Source: Victivallales bacterium
GTDB taxonomy: Bacteria > Verrucomicrobiota > Lentisphaeria > Victivallales > GWF2-38-69
DNA length: 64,000 nt
Direction: 5' to 3'
Assembly (NCBI GenBank): GCA_036011305.1
Contig: DASCNA010000168.1
Span: 617-64,616, forward strand
Shown: one piece after another, positions 30,110-39,077 of the stretch
How the letters are laid out: every line of letters begins with the position of its first letter
How positions within the stretch are numbered: the first letter of the stretch is position 1
Notes under the pieces: generated by a model
Databases searched by the model: none
What the model was told of the DNA's origin: nothing
What the model saw: only the letters and a program-made list of their open reading frames with translations
Program-made: the position numbers and the translations under genes

Positions 30110-30287
30110 GTGAAATTTTAGAGAATTATGAGGGCTATATTAGGTGCAGTAGAAAACTAAAGTAAATATTTTTATATGTATGAGATGGGGCAATTAAAAG
30201 ACAGTTTGAAAAATCCAAAAAAGTTAACTGCATAAGACAGTGAAAAACCTTCATAAAAGCGCAAAAGAAATTTTAGGAACTGAATAA
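30110..30287 (+). pseudogene. Decayed 3' fragment of the HAD-like gene (echo of 24977-25882)
   Basis: KRQFEKSKKVNCIRQ*KTFIKAQKKF compares with KRQFEKSNKVNCIRQWKTFIKAQKEIF. It carries TGG->TGA at 30241-30243 and a 1-nt deletion near 30270. The 5' part (30110-30190) is more degraded. Confidence 0.7.
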
Positions 30288-30313
30288 AAAGATTTTTAAA
30301 GGCTTGATATAGC

Positions 30314-30347
30314 AAATAATCCCTTCGAAATTGAGTAGGGATTATTT
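30314..30347. terminator. Hairpin (copy B) between the HAD-gene echo and the convergent SBP gene
   Basis: An 11-bp stem: AAATAATCCCT (30314-30324) pairs with AGGGATTATTT (30337-30347). Confidence 0.5.
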
Positions 30348-30393
30348 ATAAAAATTATTTATATAATTTCAATATTTTATCTTTACCAAGTGC

Positions 30394-31641
30394 TCATTGA
30401 ACTGCAGCTGCATACGTGTTCATTGCCTGTAAAGGTGTTGCGCTTCCCAAAGCAACTGATTCTACAGCATTTTGAATCTTAGTAGAAACTATAGGATATT
30501 CCTGATTTGAAGGTCTGAAATGAGCATAGTTTAACAGTTCTGTTGGACCTTTGAGATAGGCTGGGTATTTAGGTGATGCTGCTACATCTTTTCTTGGAGT
30601 TAAATCATAGGACAGTTTTGTGTAGTTAAGCAGGCTTTTTTTACTTGTAGCATATTTAATGAAATCAAGAGCTAGTTTCTTTTTTGATGATTTTGCGCTA
30701 ATTGCAAGATCCCAGCCGCCTGACATAGTTATATAACCTGGTTTTTGTCCTTTTTCTGTAGGCATCCCGATAAATTGATAGGCTTTATAAACTTTAGGAT
30801 TTGGTTTCAGGAAAAATTTTGCCCAGCATCCGTCAAGTATGATAGCCACTTTCTGCTTCATAGCGTAATTTTGGAAAATCATAGTGCTGTAATGTGTGTT
30901 CATGACTACATGTGGTTGTGGGCCTAGTCCTTCTCTGAAAATAGTATTAATGAACTTGAATGAATTAAGGAGTCCATCACTGGTTACAACCCATTTACCG
31001 TCTTTGTATAAAGTATTATCAGTTCCGTAAAGCAGCATTTCCAAAGTCTGCATAGTGGTGCTTTCACCGTTAGCTGCAATGTTCATACTGAATGGTATTA
31101 CTCCTGGTACTTTTTCTTTAATTTGTTTTGCCGCTGCAATAATATCTTTCCAGTTTTTTGGTTGCCATGGAAGTTTAATTCCTGCTTTTTTGAATAATAA
31201 AGTATCATAATAGAGTCCGCGAGAATCAGTCGAAAGTGGAACTGCATAAACTTTGTTGTTAAATGTTACAGATTTTCTTAGATTAGGATAGAAATTATCC
31301 CAGTCTTTCCAATTTTTAACTCCATCTAATGGAGCAACATAACCTGAAGCTACTGTGCTTCCCAGTACTGCACTGTCTTCAAAAAACACATCTATAGACG
31401 GGTCATTGCTAAGCATTAAAAATAGTTTTGTTGTATAGTTTCCTTCTGTTCCGCCTACCAGCTGCAGATTTACTTTTCTGTCAGGGTATTTCTGTTCATA
31501 TGATTTAATAGTTTGTTTAATCCAGGTTTGATCTCCTGACTTCCATATGAAGTTAATTGTCTTAGTCTGATTGGCAAAAGCAAAAGACTCCATTGATATA
31601 AGTGTGATTATCCCAAGTGCGATAAGTAAGAATTTTCGCAT
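30394..31641 (-). CDS. ABC transporter extracellular solute-binding protein (family 1, CUT1 sugar type), orphan
   Basis: A signal peptide is present. The length (415 aa) and the blocks YDTLLFKKAGI and WDLAIS are typical of sugar SBPs. No permease gene lies adjacent. Confidence 0.75.
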   Translation of the reverse strand: MRKFLLIALGIITLISMESFAFANQTKTINFIWKSGDQTWIKQTIKSYEQKYPDRKVNLQLVGGTEGNYTTKLFLMLSNDPSIDVFFEDSAVLGSTVASGYVAPLDGVKNWKDWDNFYPNLRKSVTFNNKVYAVPLSTDSRGLYYDTLLFKKAGIKLPWQPKNWKDIIAAAKQIKEKVPGVIPFSMNIAANGESTTMQTLEMLLYGTDNTLYKDGKWVVTSDGLLNSFKFINTIFREGLGPQPHVVMNTHYSTMIFQNYAMKQKVAIILDGCWAKFFLKPNPKVYKAYQFIGMPTEKGQKPGYITMSGGWDLAISAKSSKKKLALDFIKYATSKKSLLNYTKLSYDLTPRKDVAASPKYPAYLKGPTELLNYAHFRPSNQEYPIVSTKIQNAVESVALGSATPLQAMNTYAAAVQ

Positions 31642-31845
31642 AATATCTCCCTGTTTTTTTATAAAAAATTAATTTTAAAAAGACCCTTATATAAATTGTG
31701 TGTAAAAGCACTGGTAATCAAGCAGTATTTTTGATTTTTTATAGAAAATACTGTTGCCGATTTATTGGATTAATATTTAAATTCTATTATGATTGTATTA
31801 TTGAATGAAAATGATGGAAAATCATGAATTAGCAGGTAGTCAATT

Positions 31846-33153
31846 ATGTATCAAGTAGCTGTAAATAGATATGAAGATGAATATTCACTGAAGAATACTT
31901 TAGATTTATTGAATGTGTCAAAAGATTTGCATTCAAATCTTAAAGTATTTATCAAACCTAATTTTGCTTTTTGGTTAGATAAAACAGACTTTCCTAAATT
32001 CGGAGTAATAACTACAGCGCAAATTATTGAAGATTTAGTGGTATACTTGAGTGAGTCAGGTGTTACTGATATTACAGTAATTGAAGGTATAGTTAATGAA
32101 CAGGGTACTGAAGACTCAATGTTGAAATCCTTAATTTATGGGATGAATCTAATAAAATTATCAAATAAATATGGAGTAAAATTCATAGATGTAAATGAAG
32201 GTAAATTCCGCAAAGTTAATGTTGACGGAATAAATATAAATATTTCTGAAGATATTTATGATGCTGATTATATTATTAATTTACCTGTGCTTAAAACACA
32301 TCGCTTTTGTAAGACATCGTTAGGAATTAAAAACCTCAAAGGCTTGATTGATATCAGATCAAGACAGAGTTTTCATGCTATTAAAAAAAATCATAAAAAC
32401 TACCTTTCCCACGCTATATCCAAGCTACCTGAAATAATCAAATCTGATTTAGTTATTATAGATGGGATATATTCACTTGAATATGGTTCAACTTTTTCTG
32501 GTAAAGGGTATCGCAGTAATATGCTTATTGCATCTAAAGATATTATTTCTGCAGATGTTGTAGGATCAAAATTATTAGGATATGAAGCTAAAGATATACC
32601 GGTAATTAAAGAAACAGCTGATGCACTTAAAAGGAAATGTGATTTAAGTGATATTGAAATTTTAGGAGATAAACTTTTACTTGAAAATATTAATCCACTT
32701 AGATACGCAGCAGATAAAGGAGATAAGGGATATGTTAATTTTAGACTTTTTCGTAAAAGAGGTATAAGAACATATTCCACAGATGAAAGCATATGTACAT
32801 ACTGCTGTGCCCCGCTGATATGTATTTTGACAGGGATTATTAATGGAAAGAGAAGAGTTTATGATGATGTGGAAATTTTATTTGGAAAACATGCAGAGCC
32901 GAGCGGAGAGTGCAGACATACTATTTTAGTAGGAGGATGTCAGGTTAGAAAAAATAAGAATAATAAGAATATTAAAAACTGTATTACATTAAAAGGATGC
33001 CCGGCTGAAACAAAAAATCTTCTGGAGGTATTAGATTTCTTAGATATGCAGTTACCGGTAAGCAACGAGGAATGGATAACTTACTATCCTGAATTTCTAA
33101 TGAAAAAATACAACAATTCTGATATTTTTGATAGGAGTCATTTCTACTTATAG
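31846..33153 (+). CDS. DUF362-domain protein with a Cys-rich C-terminal region
   Basis: VFIKPNF ... GVITTAQIIEDLVVYLSESG ... LPVLKTHRF follows the DUF362 pattern. The C-terminal cysteines are CTYCC, GGCQ and KGCP. Confidence 0.65.
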   Translation: MYQVAVNRYEDEYSLKNTLDLLNVSKDLHSNLKVFIKPNFAFWLDKTDFPKFGVITTAQIIEDLVVYLSESGVTDITVIEGIVNEQGTEDSMLKSLIYGMNLIKLSNKYGVKFIDVNEGKFRKVNVDGININISEDIYDADYIINLPVLKTHRFCKTSLGIKNLKGLIDIRSRQSFHAIKKNHKNYLSHAISKLPEIIKSDLVIIDGIYSLEYGSTFSGKGYRSNMLIASKDIISADVVGSKLLGYEAKDIPVIKETADALKRKCDLSDIEILGDKLLLENINPLRYAADKGDKGYVNFRLFRKRGIRTYSTDESICTYCCAPLICILTGIINGKRRVYDDVEILFGKHAEPSGECRHTILVGGCQVRKNKNNKNIKNCITLKGCPAETKNLLEVLDFLDMQLPVSNEEWITYYPEFLMKKYNNSDIFDRSHFYL

Positions 33154-33207
33154 TAGATTTATGATACCTTCGTTTAAGGTATTAGTTCTTATTTGAAAAA
33201 AGTGGTT

Positions 33208-33502
33208 ATGAAAATTAGAGAAATAACACTGATACTGAAATTGAAAGCTTAAGGAATTTGAAGCTATTGTTCCTATAATAACAGATGTGATCCATAAAAA
33301 ACCCGGTATTATACCCTGTAATATCTATAAAAATGTTAATAATAATCACCAGGTTTTCGCCATAGAAAAATGGGAAAACATTGAACAGACAAGAGAGGCA
33401 TTTCAGCCAAGATCAAATGAAGAAGTAACCAATTTAGTAGCAGGCATGTTGAAATACGAAGCAGAAGATATAGAGAGACATCAAATGATCTGGATTGACT
33501 GA
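33208..33502 (+). pseudogene. ABM-domain (antibiotic biosynthesis monooxygenase-like) gene with a frameshift
   Basis: MKIREITLILKLKA* occupies one frame (ATG 33208, stop 33250-33252). The sequence continues in the +1 frame from 33245 as KLKEFEAIVPIITDVIHKKPGIIPCNIYKN...FAIEKWEN. The two parts together give a typical ~95-aa ABM fold sequence. Confidence 0.55.
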
Positions 33503-33547
33503 ACAGGTTTTTGTTACATCCAAATTTTATAAATTGGAAAATTGTAT

Positions 33548-35770
33548 TTAGTGGTCGATTGTTCTTTTCAGCATTACCAGAGTGATATCGTCAAATTTAT
33601 TTCCGCTCTGAAAGTCAAGAACATCTTTAATTAATAAGTCACCGAGATCATTTAGTTTTTTATTATAATTTTCTGAAAAGAGTTTAAGAACTCTTTCTGT
33701 ATCATATTCTTCTTCATCTTTATCAGGTGCTTCAATTATGCCGTCTGTGTAAACTGCAAATATCTGATTTTCTGATAACTGTATCTCATTATTTGTATAT
33801 GGCGCTCCTTCAAAAATACCTATAGCCATACTTTTAAGTATTCCTTCAGTTTTAGTCACACCATTATTATCTATTGTAACAAATTCATGGTGGCCGGCGT
33901 TTGAATAAGTTAACTTTCCTGTTTTGTAATTGTAAAAAAACAGATACATTGTCAGGAACATGCATGCATCATTATCCTTAGATAATGTTTCATTGACTTT
34001 TGTTAATATTTCCGCGGGATCAAGTTTATCTGCAGAGAAACAGGCATCTTTGATTATGGCTTTTGACATGCTCATGTAAAAAGCTGCTGGAAGACCTTTT
34101 CCTGAAACATCCGCAAGTACTATGGTTAAGGTATCTTTACCAGCATAAAAAATATCGTAAAAATCACCTGACATATCTTTTGCAGGTATCAATTTTGCAT
34201 ACAGCTCAAATTCATCTTTTATGAACTCATCAGTTATTTTCGGAAGAACAGAATTCTGCAGGTCTCCGGCAATCTTAAGCTCTGTTTCCACTGCCTGTCT
34301 TGCACTTACCTCTTTTTTGAGATTGTTGGTATATTCATCTAAACGTGATACAAGATTATTAAAGGTTCTGGACAGTTCGTATATTTCATTTACGCCTGTT
34401 TCCTTTACTTTGTAATTAAATCTGCCTTTACCTATTTCTCTGGATTGAACCTTTAAAGCTTTGATAGGTTTTATGAATATGAATTTAAGCAGCAGGTAGA
34501 TTATTAAAAATGAAATCAAACCTATGATTAAAAAGCTGAAAATATAATTTGAATATAATGATTTATAAATAGATTCAAATGTACTGTTTATTAAGTAGAA
34601 TGATCTGTAAAGTATGCTTGTTTTTATAAAATAAGCTACTTTCCAGTTACTTGCAGGTATATTTCTATACAGCATCAGGTATTGATTTCCGTTAATCTCT
34701 AAAAATTTCTTTCCTGTTCCTTTTTTATTTGAATCAAAAACATTAGTAAGGTTTCTGATTGCAGGGTCTGTTGAATCGGAAAGTTTTACGTCCAGGGGTT
34801 GGTCCACAGACAAATCTAAAGCTGTGTTAAGTTCAGCACTGCTCCTGGGAATTGAAAATAAGCCGTAGCCTTTTGTTGTTAAAAAAACGACTTCATTATT
34901 TTCGTTTATGACTAAATTAATTTCATTGCTGTTTCTATCAGTATAAAGTGTATTAAAATCATTATATGATGTCATAAGCGATACGACATATTCCAGATTG
35001 CCATCAGAGTCAAATAGCGGACACTCTACACTTATATCCAAATGATTAAGAATGTTTGCCCGCCTCTTAGCTATGATTAAAAAGTTTTTATCTCTGAACT
35101 CTTTTGAATAATTTTTCATCGGTTTAAAGGTTGTTATAAAACTTATTAAATTATTGCCCGGATCATCACAGTAGCTTGCAAAAACCTTATCTTTATTGCT
35201 GTATATAGCTATGGTTCTATTCGGAGAATTTGGATCAAGAATGATACTTTTTAATAAAGGTTTCAGGACATAAAGTCTGTTAACATCTATTTCCTGTTTT
35301 TCAGTTAATGATCTTGTCATGGCACCTGCAACAAATCCATAATGTGCGCCGCCAATAGGAGATGACAATGAGTCATTTTCCATGAATGTATAATAATCTT
35401 TAAAGTAGCAGGTTCTTTTTTTACTATTTAGAAAATAATTAATGACTTGAATTTTTAATTTTACTCTAAGGTTTGATTTATTGCTTAACTCATATCCGTT
35501 TAGGCTATTTACCAATGCTCCGATTTGCTTTGAAGTTTGTATGGATTTTAACAGTTGCCTGTTTATAAAATCTGATTCTGCCTGAATTTTATTCTCATAA
35601 TTTTCGACAGTCAGGTCAATTATCTGTTTTGATAGAATTTTATGTGCAAACTTCTTTAGGTTAGAATAATTATGAATAGAATTTTTATACAGTACTAAAA
35701 AAGACCCACCGATCAGTATGATGAAAATTGTAAAAAAAAGTGTATTTAGTTTAATTTTTTTCAGTTGCAT
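33548..35770 (-). CDS. Membrane sensor PP2C phosphatase (extracytoplasmic sensor domain - HAMP - SpoIIE/RsbU-type PP2C)
   Basis: Two TM helices flank a ~370-aa external domain. The HAMP region is IKPIKALKVQSREIGKGRFNYKV...NNLVSRL. PP2C motifs: SGDFYDIF, LADVSGKGLPAAFYMS, NAGHH and VYTDGIIEA. Confidence 0.85.
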   Translation of the reverse strand: MQLKKIKLNTLFFTIFIILIGGSFLVLYKNSIHNYSNLKKFAHKILSKQIIDLTVENYENKIQAESDFINRQLLKSIQTSKQIGALVNSLNGYELSNKSNLRVKLKIQVINYFLNSKKRTCYFKDYYTFMENDSLSSPIGGAHYGFVAGAMTRSLTEKQEIDVNRLYVLKPLLKSIILDPNSPNRTIAIYSNKDKVFASYCDDPGNNLISFITTFKPMKNYSKEFRDKNFLIIAKRRANILNHLDISVECPLFDSDGNLEYVVSLMTSYNDFNTLYTDRNSNEINLVINENNEVVFLTTKGYGLFSIPRSSAELNTALDLSVDQPLDVKLSDSTDPAIRNLTNVFDSNKKGTGKKFLEINGNQYLMLYRNIPASNWKVAYFIKTSILYRSFYLINSTFESIYKSLYSNYIFSFLIIGLISFLIIYLLLKFIFIKPIKALKVQSREIGKGRFNYKVKETGVNEIYELSRTFNNLVSRLDEYTNNLKKEVSARQAVETELKIAGDLQNSVLPKITDEFIKDEFELYAKLIPAKDMSGDFYDIFYAGKDTLTIVLADVSGKGLPAAFYMSMSKAIIKDACFSADKLDPAEILTKVNETLSKDNDACMFLTMYLFFYNYKTGKLTYSNAGHHEFVTIDNNGVTKTEGILKSMAIGIFEGAPYTNNEIQLSENQIFAVYTDGIIEAPDKDEEEYDTERVLKLFSENYNKKLNDLGDLLIKDVLDFQSGNKFDDITLVMLKRTIDH

Positions 35771-35948
35771 AAATTTTGCTTATTAGGCCAATGATAAACA
35801 GATTGTTTCTGTGTTGCTACCGTATTTACTTAATCTGTAATTTTAGTGCAAATAAAAAATTTCACAAACTCGCTGATAAGAAATGAACTGCCGACATCGT
35901 GTACTGAGGTAGTTTATTGATATGATATGAAATCTTAAATTCGTAATT

Positions 35949-37973
35949 TTAAGATCCCCATTTTCTCTTGGATCTTTTGGGCCATTTAGGATTTTGAGTA
36001 AAAAGTTTACACAAACGTCTGGTTAATGTCATTTTTGCATTAATAGCCCAACCTGAGCCTTCAAGTATCGAACTTAAATCTCTTCGCTTCAGTTTTATAT
36101 AAGATGAAATGATTGCCGGAGCCATTAAAATTATGATAATTGCTGCAAGTGCGATTATTATTTTATAGAATGACACAGTGGCAAGCTGAGTAGCAATATA
36201 TGTTATACTTGATCCTAAAGCAGCTATCGCAACACCGCCTCCCATAACTAAAGTAGCCGGATTGAAACCGCCTAGAGTACTTTTATTTTTTAACGTTTTA
36301 TCTTTAAGTACAGATTTGCCTTCTAAGGTGTCGCTTGTCATTTGTCCAAAAGTTTTATCAGCGTCCTTATTCATGGAGTCAAATTTTGAAGTAAAAGTGC
36401 TACATATCTTTTTAAATGGGTAAATCAGTGTTTCTCTTAGACTGATTGGGTTTTCTATCATATCTACAATAATTGCATCGGAGACATTTTTATTGATGTC
36501 AATAAAAACCCCTCTTTTTCCAATGCTTAAGTTTCCTTTTATTCCGTTGGTAACAGGTACAGCTACGGTAAAGGATGTTTTTAGAGATGTATTAACTTGT
36601 ACGTAGAGAATATATAAATTACTATTTTTAGCAATTTGAATATGTTTAGCCTTGTTTTCAACATTGATGCATAAGTTCATCTGTCTTCCATCAATAATCA
36701 ATGAACCTTCTTCAAAAAGAGCTTTTTCTTCTGGATCATATAGAGTTGGAAAACTTACAAAATTGTTTACGAACTCAATCAAATACCTTTGGAAAAGTAC
36801 AAGTTTTTCAACTAAACGTATATTATTAAGCTGTCTTGCTGTGTCATCGCATCGGGCTATGATTTTTTCTACATTTGTAATGAATTTCTCATTTGTATAC
36901 TCCTGAAGTAAATTATAATCCAGCTTATCAAGTTCAGTGCAGGGATTCTTGCCAAACCATTCTTCATATTTAGACAATATAGAAGAAATCTTTAACCATT
37001 TTGCTTCATTTAATATATTTTCATCAGTATCCAGTTTGAGGTCCAATACCAGCTTTATGAAAGAATCTAAATCATGAGAGTATAAAGGATTAGTGAAATC
37101 TTTATTGATGTCAATAGAATAAGTTTTATTTGGATAGGCTAAAGGTAGAGTTAATAAAAATGATTGAAGCTTATCTGCGTCATTCCAGGAAATTTGTTCT
37201 ATTTCTGTGTCACTTAAAAGTTGCAGTTTGTCTGTAACTTTTTGAGAAAAAGCATATGTTTTGCATAAAATAAAATATTCTGCAACTTTATTTTTAAGTT
37301 TTTGGTAGAGAGAAAAAAGTTCTTTTGTCGATTCACCTAAAGGCAGAAAATCACTGTTATTTTTTCCCTTGGCATCTATGAACAGTTTATACCAGTCCAG
37401 GTAGTCGGCTAAATTTTTATTGAAGGAATCAAGGCACTTAAGAGAAACGCCTTTTGCATTGCTGGGGTGCAGTTCACCACCAGTAACATTTATCACAAGC
37501 TGCATAAAATCTGCTATTTCTTCTTCCTCAGCGGCATCGATAGTCGCAACACCTGATTCGCTTACAGGATTTTTTTCTACATCAGCTTTGACTGTTTGTA
37601 TTTGTTCCAGATTGATTTCAGCACTATTATCAGTGATTTTTAGGATATTATTGACAGTATTTATTATACTTTTACAATCTTCATTATCTTTAGATAACCA
37701 TTCAAGCTTAAAAAAGTCACTGGCATTGTCTATACCTTCATAGGTGCAAAGATTTTTTGTAAGCCATTGTATAGAACTTTTTACTTCTGAACTGATAATT
37801 CTTTTGTTGCCGTCTGTATCTATGTAGTTTAAAAAGGTATTGTCCAGAGTAAAGCTATACAAAGGTGCACTTGTTGATATCCAGAGAGAAGGATGAAGGT
37901 TCAGGATTTCCAATAGATTTTTAGTATTGTTTATGACAAGGTGATATGAAGCACCGTATTTTTTATATTTCAT
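35949..37973 (-). CDS. 674-aa protein of unknown function with an EF-hand-like loop and a C-terminal 2-TM anchor
   Basis: Intact ORF. DTDGNKRIISSE fits EF-hand loop positions 1, 3, 5, 8 and 12. The C-terminal TM pair is GGGVAIAALGSSITYIATQL and IIALAAIIIILMAPAIISSYI, followed by EGSGWAINAK. Confidence 0.65.
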   Translation of the reverse strand: MKYKKYGASYHLVINNTKNLLEILNLHPSLWISTSAPLYSFTLDNTFLNYIDTDGNKRIISSEVKSSIQWLTKNLCTYEGIDNASDFFKLEWLSKDNEDCKSIINTVNNILKITDNSAEINLEQIQTVKADVEKNPVSESGVATIDAAEEEEIADFMQLVINVTGGELHPSNAKGVSLKCLDSFNKNLADYLDWYKLFIDAKGKNNSDFLPLGESTKELFSLYQKLKNKVAEYFILCKTYAFSQKVTDKLQLLSDTEIEQISWNDADKLQSFLLTLPLAYPNKTYSIDINKDFTNPLYSHDLDSFIKLVLDLKLDTDENILNEAKWLKISSILSKYEEWFGKNPCTELDKLDYNLLQEYTNEKFITNVEKIIARCDDTARQLNNIRLVEKLVLFQRYLIEFVNNFVSFPTLYDPEEKALFEEGSLIIDGRQMNLCINVENKAKHIQIAKNSNLYILYVQVNTSLKTSFTVAVPVTNGIKGNLSIGKRGVFIDINKNVSDAIIVDMIENPISLRETLIYPFKKICSTFTSKFDSMNKDADKTFGQMTSDTLEGKSVLKDKTLKNKSTLGGFNPATLVMGGGVAIAALGSSITYIATQLATVSFYKIIIALAAIIIILMAPAIISSYIKLKRRDLSSILEGSGWAINAKMTLTRRLCKLFTQNPKWPKRSKRKWGS

Positions 37974-38240
37974 GATCTGTTTTCAATATTCTATATTTTG
38001 ATTATGTTAAAAATTATCTTAATATTATGACTGCTGTAATTACTTCACCTGGAATCTTAAAAGTTATTTTTATATATCTTAATTTACTATTTTATATTTA
38101 TTCTCTTTATAAAACAATTTAAATCTCAATAATAAGTAATTCATTTTTTTTTAATATTGATAATTTAAGAATTTTACTTTAGAATTAATTAATTGAGGAG
38201 TTTTTTGTAGAAACTATATTATTTTTAAGGAGAAATAGGT

Positions 38241-38870
38241 ATGAAGTTAAGATCTCTGGTACTGGGAATCTTTGCAGGATTTTTAACCATAATCGCATTT
38301 GCTGAGGAAGTAAATACTTCTCAATTATATTGGAGAAACCAAAGATTCTATCTTGATAATGAGAAAACGACGGAACCCTATACCGGATATGCTGTCGCAT
38401 ATTATAAGAACGGTAAAATGGCAGAAAAGAAACAGTATCTGAACGGGGTATTAAACGGATCATATGAATCCTGGTATGCGACAGGGACTAAGCGGCAGGA
38501 AGTACAGTATCTTCAAGGGGCACTTTCAGGAAGTTATACCGTCTGGTATCCTGATGGTAATAAGATGATGGTGATGAACTTTAAGTTTGGAGAAAAGAAC
38601 GGTCCATGCGAAATATGGTATAAAGACGGAAAGATGTGGATGAAAACAAATTTCAAGAATGACCTGATGAACGGTATTTTTGAAATATTTAATAAAGATG
38701 GAAAGCTTAATTTCAAAGTAGATATATATGGCTATCATATAAAAACTGTGTATAGTGCTTCCGGAAAACCTATGACTCCTACAAATTATTCACTCTACAT
38801 GACGACAATCCAGAGATGGCATAATAAGATTGTAAGTCTGCAGTCAAATGTTGCCAGAACTGTAAGATAA
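38241..38870 (+). CDS. Secreted MORN-repeat-variant / YwqK-family protein
   Basis: A signal peptide is present. It contains repeated G-x-Y-x-x-W-Y-x-x-G units (NGSYESWYATGTK, SGSYTVWYPDGNK, NGPCEIWYKDGKM). AAGGAG RBS. Confidence 0.7.
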   Translation: MKLRSLVLGIFAGFLTIIAFAEEVNTSQLYWRNQRFYLDNEKTTEPYTGYAVAYYKNGKMAEKKQYLNGVLNGSYESWYATGTKRQEVQYLQGALSGSYTVWYPDGNKMMVMNFKFGEKNGPCEIWYKDGKMWMKTNFKNDLMNGIFEIFNKDGKLNFKVDIYGYHIKTVYSASGKPMTPTNYSLYMTTIQRWHNKIVSLQSNVARTVR

Positions 38871-38893
38871 AAATAAATATAAATATAATACTG

Positions 38894-38922
38894 AAAGGTT
38901 CTCAGAAACGAGAACCTTTTTT
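38894..38922 (+). terminator. Rho-independent terminator
   Basis: A 10-bp stem: AAAGGTTCTC pairs with GAGAACCTTT. The loop is 6 nt and a T6 tract follows. Confidence 0.8.
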
Positions 38923-39077
38923 ATTCTCTGCATTTGTTAATATTATATATATAACTGTTTGAAATAGAATATTTTTAATATATTTTTAAAAATAGAGGGA
39001 AAACAGCATTAAAATTAATACATAATATAAAATATTACCTTTCTTTTTAGATTATTTATTTTACAGAGAGAAGTGAA

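Noticed and set aside
38241-38870. The YwqK/MORN-variant gene as the antitoxin or immunity half of a polymorphic-toxin or TA locus.
   Set aside because: The protein has a signal peptide and the gene is monocistronic with its own terminator. There is no LXG, Rhs or nuclease-type neighbour. The adjacent genes are an orphan membrane protein and a sugar porter.
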